42,430 nucleotides of DNA, from contig NW_021835317.1 in NCBI RefSeq assembly GCF_006345805.1, positions 1 to 42,430 on the forward strand, given 5' to 3'. Each line of letters starts with the position of its first letter. The stretch's first letter is position 1. A model generated the notes under the pieces. That model saw only the letters and a program-made list of their open reading frames with translations, made no database searches and was not told the DNA's origin. Below are positions 22,700-35,989 of the stretch, piece by piece. This DNA comes from Octopus sinensis (Eukaryota). Both the position numbers and the translations under genes were made by a program.

Positions 22700-23389
22700 T
22701 TCATACATATATTCATGCATACACACACACACACATTCCAACAAATGTGGTGTGTTTTAAAAAAAAACTTCATGTCTTGAAATGAAGGTCAGTATATTTA
22801 TCTCCCAAATAAATATTGAGAAATATATTGGATGGAAACAATAAAATATTATCAGTGATGAAGCAGTAACCAAAATTTCAAACCAAAAAAATAAAAAAAT
22901 TCCTGACACATATCTTCAAGGGAAAAAAAAATACCAAACAAGAAAATACTATAATAATGACCAACTATTATTGACTTTTCCGTTTCCACCTACCTTACTT
23001 GCATTTTAACACTACTATGTTTAAACTCTACTCCCACTATTACCACTGCTGCCACCCCAACCTTAAAAGTATTGTCTTAGTGTGTTTTTAAAATTTTTTT
23101 TATATTCAAATATTGATGTAATATATGTGTGCTAGTAAATTGATTAATTCACTGTAGAAAGTTTGTTCATTAAAAATGATGGCAATGTTTTATTTATTTA
23201 TTCATTTATTTATTTAAAAAAATTTTCTATATGGAAATTTTCTATATATATATATATTTTATATATTATTTATTTCATGATGTAATATGTTTATGTTATT
23301 CTAGTATATTGTATGTTATTTTATGTTATCTTGTATTTCAATTCTCTGTCTCACTGTTTATGTGTGCGCACGCATACATACATACATAA

Positions 23390-23439
<50 letters not shown>

Positions 23440-23444
23440 ATGTA

Positions 23445-23497
<53 letters not shown>

Positions 23498-23511
23498 ATA
23501 TATATATATAT

Positions 23512-23552
<41 letters not shown>

Positions 23553-24245
23553 GCATACATATATTCATGCATACACACACACAAACATTCCAACAAATGT
23601 GAGTGGGTGTTTTAAAAAAAAACTTCATGTCTTGAAATGAAGGTCAGTATATTTATCTCCCAAATAAATATTGAGAAATATATTGGATGGAAACAATAAA
23701 AAATATTATCAGTGATGAAGCAGTAACCAAAATTTCAAACCAAAAAAATAAAAAAAATTCCTGACACATATCTTCAAGGGAAAAAAAAAATACCAAACAA
23801 GAAAATACTATAATAATGACCAACTATTATTGACTTCCGTTTCCACCTACCTTACTTGCATTTTAACACTACTAATGTTTAAAACTCTACTCCCACTATT
23901 ACCACTGCTGCCACCACCTTAAAAGTATTGTCTTAGTGTGTTTTTTTAAATTTTTTTTATATTCAAATATTGATGTAATGATATTGTGTGCTAGTAAATT
24001 GATTAAATTCACTGTAGAAAGTTTGTTCATTAAAAATGATGGCAATGTTTTATTTATTTATTCATTTATTATTTAAAAAAATTTTCTATATGGAAATTTT
24101 CTATATATATATATATTTTTATATATTATTTATTTCATGATGTATATGTTATGTTATTCTAGTATATTGTATGTTATTTTATGTTTCTTGTATTTCATTC
24201 TCTGTCTCACTGTTTATGTGTGCGCACGCATACATACATACATAA

Positions 24246-24290
<45 letters not shown>

Positions 24291-24588
24291 ATATATATAT
24301 ATGTATATATATATGAAATGTATTCCTATACATAATATACATACATGATATAATATATATATATGCTTATATTTGTGGAATGTATGTTATATATATATTA
24401 TATAATCTATATATATATATATATATATATATACGTACGTACATACATAGATACATATATATATTTATATATGAAATGTATTATATATACATAAATGCAT
24501 TATGTGTATTTATATATGAATGAAATGTATCATATACATGATATATATTCATTATATATATATATATGAAATGTATCATATACATGAT

Positions 24589-24623
<35 letters not shown>

Positions 24624-24750
24624 AATATATGCATGCTTATTTGTGAAACATATTATATATATATATATATTTATTATGTATCTATATATTAAAATATATA
24701 TTGTATATATATATATATAATATATGCATATAAACTCATAATATATATGC
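22250..24750. repeat. Dense (TA)n/(TATG)n microsatellite field containing an ~850-bp tandem duplication (22701-23400 and 23554-24255)
   Basis: The two units are almost identical, and the differences are nearly all 1-3 nt indels. Confidence 0.9.
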
Positions 24751-25098
24751 TATATATAAATTAAAGCCTGGTTGTTTATGTATTATATTTGTTCATTCGG
24801 TTATTATTAAATGACTTGGAGGCTCATATGTAATATGCATTACTCAATGAACATAATTCCATTAGTGCTTTCATCCATGTTTATACACATGATGTTTGAT
24901 TTGACATATGATGTTGAAACAATTGTAAACCATGGAATAAATATATGCCAACTGCTTCATTCCTTGTTTATTACAAATGATATATATATATATATTTTAT
25001 TTCATTTGCAATACATACTTATATTACGTATAATATATATGTATATTTATATATTATACATATATGTATGTTATACTTATAATACACACACACATATA

Positions 25099-25987
25099 CA
25101 AAATCTGATCAATAAGTATCCAAACTGTTGCCATAGTAACGAAGCTAAAGCATGCAGGATAAAGCCACTTGGCACACATTGATGTTGAACTCTGCTGTGC
25201 ATGTGCACTAAGTTTCGATGTTCTAACTCACTTCCGCTGTTTACCGCAGTGCTTGGAAGGAAGATATGTAGCATGTGATCATTGCATTGACCAGGACAGA
25301 GAAAATTGTTATAGCGATACCTGCTCAGAAGTCTATACAAAGGTGCAGAAAGTGTATGGAGAGGAGTGTATGGAAAGTGTATGGAGAGGAGTCACACAGA
25401 AGTGTATAAGTGGTTTAGATGTTTCCAAGATGGCCAAAAAATGTTGATATTGACAAACGTCCTGGGAGACCCACAACCAGCAGAACTGAAGAAAACATTG
25501 CAGATGTGTATGCAGTTGTGAGGAGAAAACCATTGAATCACCATCCATGAGTTATCAGAGGATGTACAGATTAGTTACAGTTCAGTTCAGTCCATTATCA
25601 CTGAAGATTTGGGTATGAGACGCGCATCTACCAAGTCTGTGCCAAAACTGCTTTCAGCTGACCAGAAAGACACTTGGGTTTCAGTTGCACAAGATCTTGA
25701 TCGTGTTGAGAAAAATGAAAACTTTTTGAAAACTTTCTGTAGGCCTCTGAGCAGGTATCACCAAGCTTTTGGCAAAATTCGATGCAGATTCTCTGCTCAA
25801 CTTCCTTTGTCATGCTACACACCTTCTTTCCAAGCACTGCTGTAAACATTGAAAGTGAGCTAGAACACTAAAACTTAGTGCACTTGCACAGCAGAGTTCA
25901 AGGTCAGTCTGTGCCATGCAGCTTCACTCTGCATGCTTTAGCTTCGTTACTATAGCAACAGTCCGGATACTTCTTGATGAGACCATG
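25099..25987. mobile_element. Mariner derivative made of two 5' ends head-to-head (foldback MITE)
   Basis: Inverted repeats of about 250 bp. The + strand encodes the transposase N-terminal part (...GMRRASTKSVPKLLSADQK...ENFLKT). The - strand of the right arm encodes the same start, MTKEVEQRICIEFCQKLGDTCSEAY. TA at 25097-25098. Confidence 0.8.
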
Positions 25988-26192
25988 TTATATCTTATAA
26001 TAATATATATATATGTGTATGTGTGTGTATAGATAGCTATATAGACATACATATATATATATATACATACATATATATGTATATATATATATTTATATAT
26101 GTATATATGCATATATACATATATACACATACATGTTACATACATATATTACATATTATTTATATATATATATATACTATAGTATGTATATG

Positions 26193-26236
<44 letters not shown>

Positions 26237-26254
26237 CATAGTATGTATATGTCA

Positions 26255-26300
<46 letters not shown>

Positions 26301-27001
26301 ATAGTATGTATATGTCATACATGTATTATAATATATATATATATGATATTTAGATACACATATAATATACACACGTATATGAATAATTATTTGTAATATG
26401 CAAAATACAATTGATTACATGCACAGACACACGTATACACAAGGCAGAATTGGTTATCTTCATGACTAAAAACCCCACCTCAGATTTTCTGCTTTTTTGT
26501 TCTTTGCATCTATTCTGTGAACATTCAGTGCCACTTACATTCATGTAAGTCTTTAGTACTTCCACCGTTTCTATCTTACATAGTCTGTTCCTAATATAAA
26601 TAGTTTCTTTGTGTTTTGTATAGTTTGCTATAACAAATTAAAATATATTCTACTGCGAAATTTGCAAAATATATTTTCAAAATTATTTCACAGATAATCA
26701 TATTTTCCTTTGGTGTTAGACTGTACAAGTTTATATGTTTATTTGAAACTAAATCTTTTAGAATTGTAATTAAGCTTCTCATTTCTGATTGTTCCAATAT
26801 TTGTCAAGTGATTGTTTGTCTTGTAGTTTGTGAATATCTTTGACTAATCAGAACTGTAAAATTCACAAGTTATGGTTACAAAAGAAGTTACAGAATGTAA
26901 AATGATCTATTATATGCTAAAATGTTACTTTTGCATGAAGCTGGCTATGAAACAGCTGTCATCCTATGGATATCAGCTGATGAAATAAATATACTCATTC
27001 C

Positions 27002-27042
<41 letters not shown>

Positions 27043-27231
27043 CACACACACTCTGTTTTATGTATTGAATATTCTTTCCCCTCTCCGTACTTGTAAACAC
27101 AAGCATTCACCAATCTATAATTTTGACATGTATATGTGTGGGTTCTTCCTCCTCTCTCATTCACATGTGGCACTTGCGCGTACACACACACACATTCTTC
27201 AGTATCATAGGTGGTATACATTATACAGTGT

Positions 27232-27466
27232 ATAAGGCGGTGAGCTGGCAGAATTGTTAGCACACCGGGCGAAATGCGTAGCCGTATTTCGTCTGCCGTT
27301 ACGTTCTGAGTTCAAATTCCGCCAAGGTCAACTTTGCCTTTCATCCTTTCGGAGTCGATTGAATAAGTACCAGTTACGTACTGGGGTTGATGTAATCAAC
27401 TTAATCTGTTTGTCTGTCCTTGTTTGTCCTCTCTGTGTTCAGCCCCTTGTGGGTAGTAAAGAAATA
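27232..27466 (+). mobile_element. SINE family B, full length with a 19-bp target-site duplication
   Basis: GGTATACATTATACAGTGT at 27213-27231 and 27467-27485. Confidence 0.95.
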
Positions 27467-27759
27467 GGTATACATTATACAGTGTTGTAGATCTCAGTAT
27501 GGAAAGTAGAGTTGTGTGTATGTTTGTGTGATCGTGTGCATGTGTGTATGTGTGTGTGTGTAGATACAACAAAAGGTGACAGTTACTTGAGTTTCACTTT
27601 GCTGTAACTTCTCACATGATCTAGTAGTGCCTCATGTGTCTGTTATCAGGCAAAATTGTTGGAGAAATGAGCAAAGTGGACATGCCCATTGTTGAGCAAA
27701 AGCACTGGACAATGGTCACTTGGTGGTTTGCCACTGGGTATTATTTTAGTATACTCTTT

Positions 27760-28290
27760 ATTCTTTGCTTGAATTGTCCTCACATCAATGCACTCACATA
27801 CCCTTGGGCAACACCAGGGCTTAAGTACAGGTCTTTTTCCCCAAATGCTACACAGTGGGACTTCGCGCCTTCACTAGTCAGACAAGGTGAGACAGTGTCA
27901 CGTGACAACTTGCCGGGGTTGCCTGCTGGAGCCTAGCAGCAGGTATTTAAAGGGAAACATTTGACAAGTCAGTCAGTCACCGGCTGACGTTCGCTGACAA
28001 CACATCGAAGAGGCTAGGGAACAGAAGAAAGAAGACATGCACCCAACACCAGAGCTGAAGACACCTCTGAAGTGGGGGTGGGTGCCACGTCAAAACAGTA
28101 GAGGAGTAGGGGCCAAAACCGGACATGGTTCCCTCTGATGATGTCTTGGAGCTAACTGGATCCTGTAAAGAAGTTGTTGTGGTAGCAGACCATAAAACAC
28201 GGTTGTAATTCCTGGTATTTGGCCTTAGAAAGCTCTGTTCCACTGTAGTCGTGCCTAATCTATTCAAGTATGGGAAAGCACATGTTAAAA
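27760..28290. other. GC-richer non-SINE block, possibly a solo LTR or unclassified repeat
   Basis: Composition differs from the flanks and there is a TATA-like TATTTAAAGGG followed by CAGTCAGTC. No TSD or termini identified. Confidence 0.25.
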
Positions 28291-28479
28291 TGATGTTTCT
28301 GGACAACTTGCGTGCATGCGTATATGTGTGTGTGTGTGTGTTTGCAAGCATGTGCACACGCGCATTTGTGTGTATTTATATATATATATTTATATAGCTT
28401 AATAGCCTTCATCAGATGATAGCTAAGAAGTCAAATCTTCAATGTCACTGTCAACATTTTTTTTTGTGAAAATTAATAT

Positions 28480-28494
28480 TTATGTTTGTGTGTG

Positions 28495-28535
<41 letters not shown>

Positions 28536-28758
28536 ATATATATATATATTATATATGTATGTATGTATGTACGTTTATGTATATATATTTATATAAAATT
28601 TGTGCATGAGTATGTTTTGTGTGTGTGTGTATATGTATGTGTATATGTATTGTATATATCTATATATATGTGTGTGTGTGTATATATATATGTGTGTGTG
28701 TGTATATATATATGTATGTATATGTATATATACATATATATACACACACATATGTACA

Positions 28759-28801
<43 letters not shown>

Positions 28802-29588
28802 CACATACATACATATACATACACGCACACATTCATATATGCACATATATTTGTGAATGAGTGTGTGTGTTGTACACGATGTTGTATTATGTGTTATTGT
28901 CACATTATTGTATTATATTAAGTTAAATTATGTTATCTCATGTTATATACAGGTACATTATGTGATTTTGTGTTATATTATATCACATTATATTTTATTT
29001 TATTTTGTGTATTACATTCTATTTAATTTCTTTTGAATTTTTTTAATTTTATTTAATTTTATTCTATTGGAAGGTGCGGGCGAGTGAGTGAGTGAGGCAA
29101 AGTAAATATTCTTCTTCGGTTGGTGGAGAGAAAAATATAGTTATTACGCACGAATGTGTGTAAGAGTCTGTGTGTCTTTATATATATATGTATGTATGTA
29201 TATATGTATGTGTGCTTTTTTTTTTTTTTGAATGTGTAGATTTGTATGCATGCGTGTATGTATGTATGTGTGTGTTTGTGTGTGCGTGTGTGTGTGTGTG
29301 TGTGTGTGATATATGCCTGTGTAAAGGAAATCAATATTTAATAACTACTGGTGATTTTGATTTCCTCCACCTCACCCGCTCTACCTCCCTCCCTCCCTCC
29401 ATCCATCTCACGCCCCCCACCCCACCACCGATTTGGAAATAAAGTTAAAAATATAAGTAAAATATAAATAAATAAATAAATAAATAAATTGCACAGTAAA
29501 GAAAATGAATTTTGTGAATATTAAGCAGTTTGATACTTTGATGACAGCGATAGAACTGCCTTGAAATTGCTTTAAAATTATATATATA

Positions 29589-29638
<50 letters not shown>

Positions 29639-29647
29639 GTATATATA

Positions 29648-29692
<45 letters not shown>

Positions 29693-29820
29693 GTATATAT
29701 ATATATATTATATATAATAATATATATATATAATATGTATATATATATAATATATACATATATATACATAGACATATATATATATATGTATGTATAATAT
29801 ATATATGTATATATATGTGC
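28480..29820. repeat. (TA)n/(TG)n microsatellite fields
   Basis: Read directly from the sequence. They are the source of many spurious IY/CV ORFs. Confidence 0.9.
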
Positions 29821-30003
29821 ACCTCTGTTTGTGTGTGTGTGTGTGTGTATGAATTTGTGTGCGTGCGTTTGTGCGTTGTGTACGTCTGAGAAGAATTTGA
29901 ATTCGTTTTCACATGGCGATTGATTTTCTATATTATTATTTATTTTTACGCTGTTCTTCTTCATAGTTTTTTTTTTTTTTTACAATAGTTTTTATTTGCT
30001 TCT

Positions 30004-30036
<33 letters not shown>

Positions 30037-30530
30037 ACATACAAACACACACACAAACATACACTTATATATAAACACATGTTTGCATAGCGGTTGGTTT
30101 TAATACAGTTGAGACCGTTAAGGTTTATTTGATAGAAAGTTTTATTAGGTTTTCGTCTAAGAAGAAGCAACGTTGATTCTTTTTTTTTTTTACTTTTTTT
30201 CGTTTGTTTGTTTGTTTGTTTGTTTGTTTGCTGTTTTTTTTTTCTTTTCTTTTATTTCTTTCCTCTTTTAAGCAATATGTTTGGATAATCTAACAGATTG
30301 ATGGAGTGGATGGTTACTTTGGTTAGTTTCTATACGCTGGCTCTGACGGAGAGTGATCTCGTTATTCTGAGAAATTTATTAATAAGACCCAACCACACCC
30401 CCTCCTCCCCCAAGCCCACCACTACCTCGATTTCGAACCACCCCCCTCCCACCGTCACCACCACCATCTCCTCCTCCTCCTCCTCCTCCTCAGCCCACCG
30501 TTTTATGGAAGTAGAAGAAGAGGAAATAGA

Positions 30531-30557
30531 AGATGAAGATGATGACGACGATGAGGG

Positions 30558-30605
<48 letters not shown>

Positions 30606-30814
30606 CGAAGATGATGATGATGGAGATGACGATGACAACGACGACGAGGATGATGATGATGACGATGATGACGATGATGACGATGATGATGATGATGATG
30701 ACGATGACGACGACGACGAGGATGATGATGACGATGATGATGACGATGATGATGATGATGATGACGATGACAACGACGATGATGATGATGACGACGATGA
30801 TGATGATGATGATA

Positions 30815-30853
<39 letters not shown>
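30531..30853 (+). repeat. Degenerate (GAT/GAC)n trinucleotide array
   Basis: About 107 triplets, mostly GAY, with in-phase GAG/GAA/AAC/GGT/GGA/AAG interruptions. Confidence 0.95.
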
Positions 30854-30855
<2 letters not shown>

Positions 30856-31488
30856 GGTTACAAACATTAAATTTCATTGGTAAAGCTGTCCTGAGTTTCC
30901 CTATTGTTGACAGTTCTCATTTGTTTGTTTGTTTATTGTCGTTGTTGACGTTGTCGTCGTCGTCGTCGTCGTCGTCGATGTGTTTTCTCCTCTGCTCCTA
31001 GTTTTGTTTATGTTAACATGGTTCAGTTGCCTCTTCATTATTCACTCAGCAGCAGCAGCAGCAGCAGCAGCAGCATCTGTACGTTATTACTGAAGGAAAG
31101 TTTTTAGGGGGTGGTGGTATTTATTTATTTATTTATTTATTTTTCTTTCTGCTGTGTGTGTGTGTGTGCATGCATTGCTCTACTCCCACCATCACCAGCA
31201 CATACACTCCACTCTCCCTCCCTTGCTCTTCTTCAAATACTCTCCTCCAGTTCTCTTCTCTCTTCCCCTCCCCCCGTCACCAGTATCAGACTTTTTTTTT
31301 TTGGTGTTTTTCTCTTTGTTAATATCGTTCATCTGCCATCGTTGTTGTGGCCACCTATATTCATTTAGAGAAAACAAGCCTCTATGTTGTTGTCGTTTAG
31401 ACCCAGGTCGGCTCCAATCCAGTAGATTTTATTGATTATCAAAGCCATTCCAACTGTGACCATCCCATCTTCCCCGCTCTCCCTGCAG

Positions 31489-31552
31489 GCATGTATGGGG
31501 TGGTGGTGGTGGTGGTGGTGGTGGTTATGGCTTGAAAAGGCAAAGATCATAG
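31489..31552 (+). CDS. Candidate terminal exon of the zinc-finger gene (Gly-rich tail), probably with a 1-nt indel in the G-run at 31497-31500
   Basis: Pyrimidine-rich acceptor catcccatcttccccgctctccctgcAG|GC matches the phase-1 donor at 17824. As written it reads GMYGV9MA*; with one extra G it reads GMYG-G9-YGLKRQRS* (TAG at 31550-31552). About 900 bp of repeat-free sequence follows, like a 3' UTR. Confidence 0.45.
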
Positions 31553-32589
31553 GCTTGCTTGATCAGTGTTGGCTTTTATTTAAACAGCCACAGCAATTAC
31601 TCTTGACCTTGTGGGAAATAGCAGACAATTCACCCTCACACCGCAGTCAATTGTTTTAAAGCAGGAAATACACATTATTAGACAATGCATTCATAGAAAC
31701 AATATCTTTGTGGGGTGGGGGTGGGATGGGGTGGCTATTTGGTCATAGCAGAAATATCTTTGATAATGGGACCATTTGATCAGGAGTGGCCTGGGCCTAA
31801 ACAACCAAACCAACAACAAATCATAGCTAGTTTTTCTTTGAATACATGGGTTTGATGTGTTTGCAGTAAAGCTAACTCATATTTTCTGGTAACGTTGGTT
31901 TGCGATAATGAAATACCGTACGCACCCAGGGGAAAGAAAGTTCATATTTTGGCTAAAAGACTCTCTCGAAGAATGGTTTTAGGGATTTGTTACCTGTCAC
32001 TTTCATCACTCAATGTTGTTTTGTCTGTTTTACCTATTTTTTTATGACAAAAACGTTTTTAGCAATAATACAAGAATCCTCTATGTTATTGAAGTGTTAC
32101 ATTCCTGAAACTCTTCCAATAACAAAGAATTCTATTTTATGAAATGTGTTTTGTATAGACTTCTATGTAACATTGGGTCACTGTCTAAATCTCCAGCACT
32201 ATTCAGTCCGTAGTCATCGTGGTCCAATAATTAACCAAACTATGGTTAATTTGAGAGATTGGCACTTCTTTATAGAGCTGTCGGCATCCACCAGCATCAC
32301 ATGACCAAACCAGCACAGTCTTTGTGTTTATTTTTTTATCTGCACTTGCTTATACAAAAACCATGACATTTAAGTAGTAAGTATTGTTGCTGGCCCTTCA
32401 TCTTTCAGTAATTTGTCTGCTCACTTTGTGCCTTCAAAGCTGTTTGGAATAAGAGACCCATCACTTGAAAAAATCAAGTGAAGGTTAGTAACAGGAAGAG
32501 CACCTGGCTGTAAAACAGTGCCTCAATAACATACTCATCTAACCCATGCTAGCATGAAAAATGAACGTGAAAGTAAATGAACAAATGAA

Positions 32590-32738
32590 TGATATCTAGT
32601 TCCAATCATGTGGGTGGATCAGTCTCATTCTGTAGTACTTTGGGCAAATGTCTTCTATTTATAGCCCTGGACTAACAAAAGTCTTGTAAGTGGATGTGGT
32701 CATTCATGTATGCTTGTGTATGTGTATGTGTATGTATG

Positions 32739-32772
<34 letters not shown>

Positions 32773-33062
32773 TTTATGTATTGTGTATGTATGTTTTTGT
32801 GTGTATGTGTGTGTTTTTATACCCTTGTCTAGATGTCAAATGATGGTTGTTATCGACACAAATGAGGTTGTTTGTTCATAGTTTTCTGGGAAAACGTGTC
32901 TAGCCATAGGAAAATATTACCTCGCTAGGAGGTTTGGCAACAGGAAGGGCATCCAGCTGCAGAAATATCTGCCTCTACAAATCAATTCTGACCCATGGGA
33001 CGATGAAAAATAGACATTAAACTGTGGTGGTGATGTTAATGATGATGATGATGATGATGATG
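32590..33062 (+). mobile_element. Old SINE: family-A head with a (GAT)n-tailed C-like 3' end
   Basis: Degenerate head with TTGGGCAAATGTCTTCTA, then GGAAGGGCATCCAGCTG and a (GAT)n tail. A related body lies at about 8275-8510. Confidence 0.6.
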
Positions 33063-34012
33063 ATACACACACATTCATATGTATTTATGTGTATATATGA
33101 GTTGATATGTATATGCATGTATTTGTGTGTGTGTGTGTGTGTGTGTGTGTTTGTGTGTGTTAAATGTACTCTCCAAGAGAGTCATACCTTTATGTGTAGC
33201 TGACCTGGACTGAACAAATTTCTTATTGACTAAGATTTACCAATATTTACTGAGGGACATCCAATAATGATGTCTCTTATGAGTTGGGAATAATTCAATT
33301 TTCATACTGATGTATCTCGTCTCCATTTTTCTCTTTCTCTCTCTCTTTCCTCTCCTTGTGTCTCTCGTCTTTTCGTTCTCTTCTTTTTGTTCTTTTCGTT
33401 TTCTCTTTTATCATTTCTTGTTATATAGTATCTCACTTGAATGAGTGTTTGTCGAGAAGGAAAAACCCAAAAAAAAAAAGAAAAACAAAAACAGAATGAG
33501 AAAAAAAACAAACAGACAAAACAAACTAAAATAAAATATAGAAAAATAAATCTATCAACTTCAAAAACAAAAGCCACGATGTGTTGAGAATATATTAAAT
33601 GATGGTGGTGATGACGATGGTGGCGGTACCGGTGGTGGCAACAACAGTGGTGATGGTGATGATATTGATGATAATGTCTTATTATATACCAGCAGGGCAA
33701 TGGGTAAGGAGAATCATAAAATCAGGCATAAGGTTTGACATATTAAAATCAAACGGGTGGGTGGATGGGAAAAAAAGCATTGTATACAAAGAATGAAAGA
33801 CCACGACGATGATGATGATGATGCAGTCTTAAAGTCATCTGAGGAAGCCTACTGATCCGAGATCACCTTGTGTACTCAGGGTGAGCGCTATCTTCAACTT
33901 CCATTCTCTGACCTACAGACTAATTATACATAGAATGGTGCCAACCATTCTTGCTTCTTTGACCACTCACACCTATATGTATATGTCGATTATGTCATAT
34001 TATATAATGTTA

Positions 34013-34382
34013 TCTCTCTATATATAAACGGCAAAATGTCTGTCTCTGTGTGTGTGTCCTTTATACAAATCCACAATTTTTCAGTTAGAGGGCTCGCACT
34101 TTCTAAGGTCATTCAAAACCGTCCAAGGGTGTTTGTGCACATCTTTACATTTCCCCAGTCACCCCGCAAAGCCATTAAAAAGTCAATAGAAGTGACTTTT
34201 TTGTGAATTTTCTATCCAAAACCCAATCAAAATGCCTGAAACTTGATATGCCAATTGAAAGCCAGCTAGCTGTATGTGATTGGTCGGAGATTTGGACAAT
34301 ACTTGTGTGTATGTGCGCATGCACGCAGCTGTATATGCATGCACTAGCACTATGACCCGGCGTTGCCGGCTCATAGTGCTAG
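34013..34382 (+). mobile_element. Complete non-autonomous Helitron
   Basis: 5' end A|TCTCTCTATATATAAAC; 3' end CTAG|T at 34379-34383 with a terminal hairpin. Same body as 13150-13482. Confidence 0.8.
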
Positions 34383-34439
34383 TATATAATATTATATTAT
34401 ATCATATGATGTGATATTATATACATGTATGCAAATTAT

Positions 34440-35115
34440 GTGACTGTGTGGTAAGAAGCTTGCTTTCCAGCTACATGGTTTCGGATTCAGTCCCACTGTG
34501 TGGCATGTTGGGTGTCTTCTACTATAGCCTCAGGCCAACCAAAGCCTTGTGAGTGGATTTGGTACATGGAAACTGAAAGAAGCCCGTCGTATATATATCT
34601 GTTTCTTTATTACCCACAAGGGGCTAAACATAGTGGGGACAAACAAGGACAGACACACGGATTAAGTCGATTAGATCAACCCCAGTGCGTAACTGGTGCT
34701 TAATTTATCGACCCCGAAAGGATGAAAGGTAAAGTCGACTGCGGCGGAATTTGAACTCAGAACGTAACGACAAACAAAATACGGCTACGCATTTCGCCCA
34801 GCGTGCTAACGTTTCTGCCAGTAGTGGGTGCTGTTTATGTGTCACTGGCACAGGTGCCAGGCGAGGCTGGCAACGGCCACAATCGGATTGGTTTTTTTTC
34901 ACGTGCCACCAGCACGGAAGCCAGCCATCGGCCACGTTTGGATGGTGCTTTTTACGTGCTTTTTATGTCCCCTTTACTTAGAGGTAGTGGAGTACTCCTA
35001 GTTGTCCCTGGGGTTCTTGAAGTTTCAGTCTACTAAATCCCTTCTCAAGGCTGGATTGAACCCAAAACAATGTGGTTGTGAAACAAACTTTTTAATCACA
35101 CCACCATTCCTGCAC
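34440..35115. mobile_element. SINE cluster: A head (+, 34440-34596), B (-, 34600-34820), C fragment (-, 34825-34975), A head fragment (-, 35015-35115)
   Basis: Direct similarity to other copies in the window. Confidence 0.8.
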
Positions 35116-35273
35116 CTGTGTCTGTTTGTCTCCTCTGTTTGTGTGTGTGTGTGTATGTTTGTGTGTGTGTGTATATATATATATTTAAATGTCTGTATGT
35201 ATGTATTGTATATATGTGTGTGTGTGTGTATATATATATGTGCATGTATATATTATATATATATATATATATA

Positions 35274-35334
<61 letters not shown>

Positions 35335-35719
35335 ATGATATATAATATGTATGCATATAGCTGTATGTTTATGCATGTCTGTGTGTTATATTAATTTTTA
35401 TGATTATGAAGATGAAGTGTAATGATCTTTAAACCCTTTATCTATCTCTAAGTGAGATATAATTGCCTCAAGGGGTCTTTGCCTTATTTCCTTTCTTGGA
35501 TCCTGTATTGTGGCATCCTTCATCTTTTAAACGAGATATAATTATAATTAGAGCCAAACAAACAGCAGTGATCTTTGTGCCTTGTTTTCTTATTGATCAC
35601 TGCATACTTAGCTTACTTCCTATAGATCTGCGTGGATGGGTGTTGGTGTGAATGTGAGTGGTGTATGTATATTTGTAGAAATAACTCTCTCACTCTATCG
35701 CTCTGCATGTTCATGTGCG

Positions 35720-35750
<31 letters not shown>

Positions 35751-35989
35751 TAACACAGATATTCTTGTGCACCTGCGTGCGCACAAACGCGACTGTGTCT
35801 TGCTGTATGTACGTATGCGTTTCTGCGGTTATCTTTCGATTCACATGCGTTTATCTTCCCCCTTTATCTCTGCTCTTTTCAATTGACGATCTTAGCTAAT
35901 TTGAGTTAAGCAACAAACATAAACTACAACAAAAGCCACTGACTCATTCAGCAACACACACACACACACGCACACGCACACACACACAC

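Noticed and set aside
27656-27936. Phase-compatible exon after tatcAG|GC
   Set aside because: Weak acceptor, no convincing donor, and a non-descript peptide.
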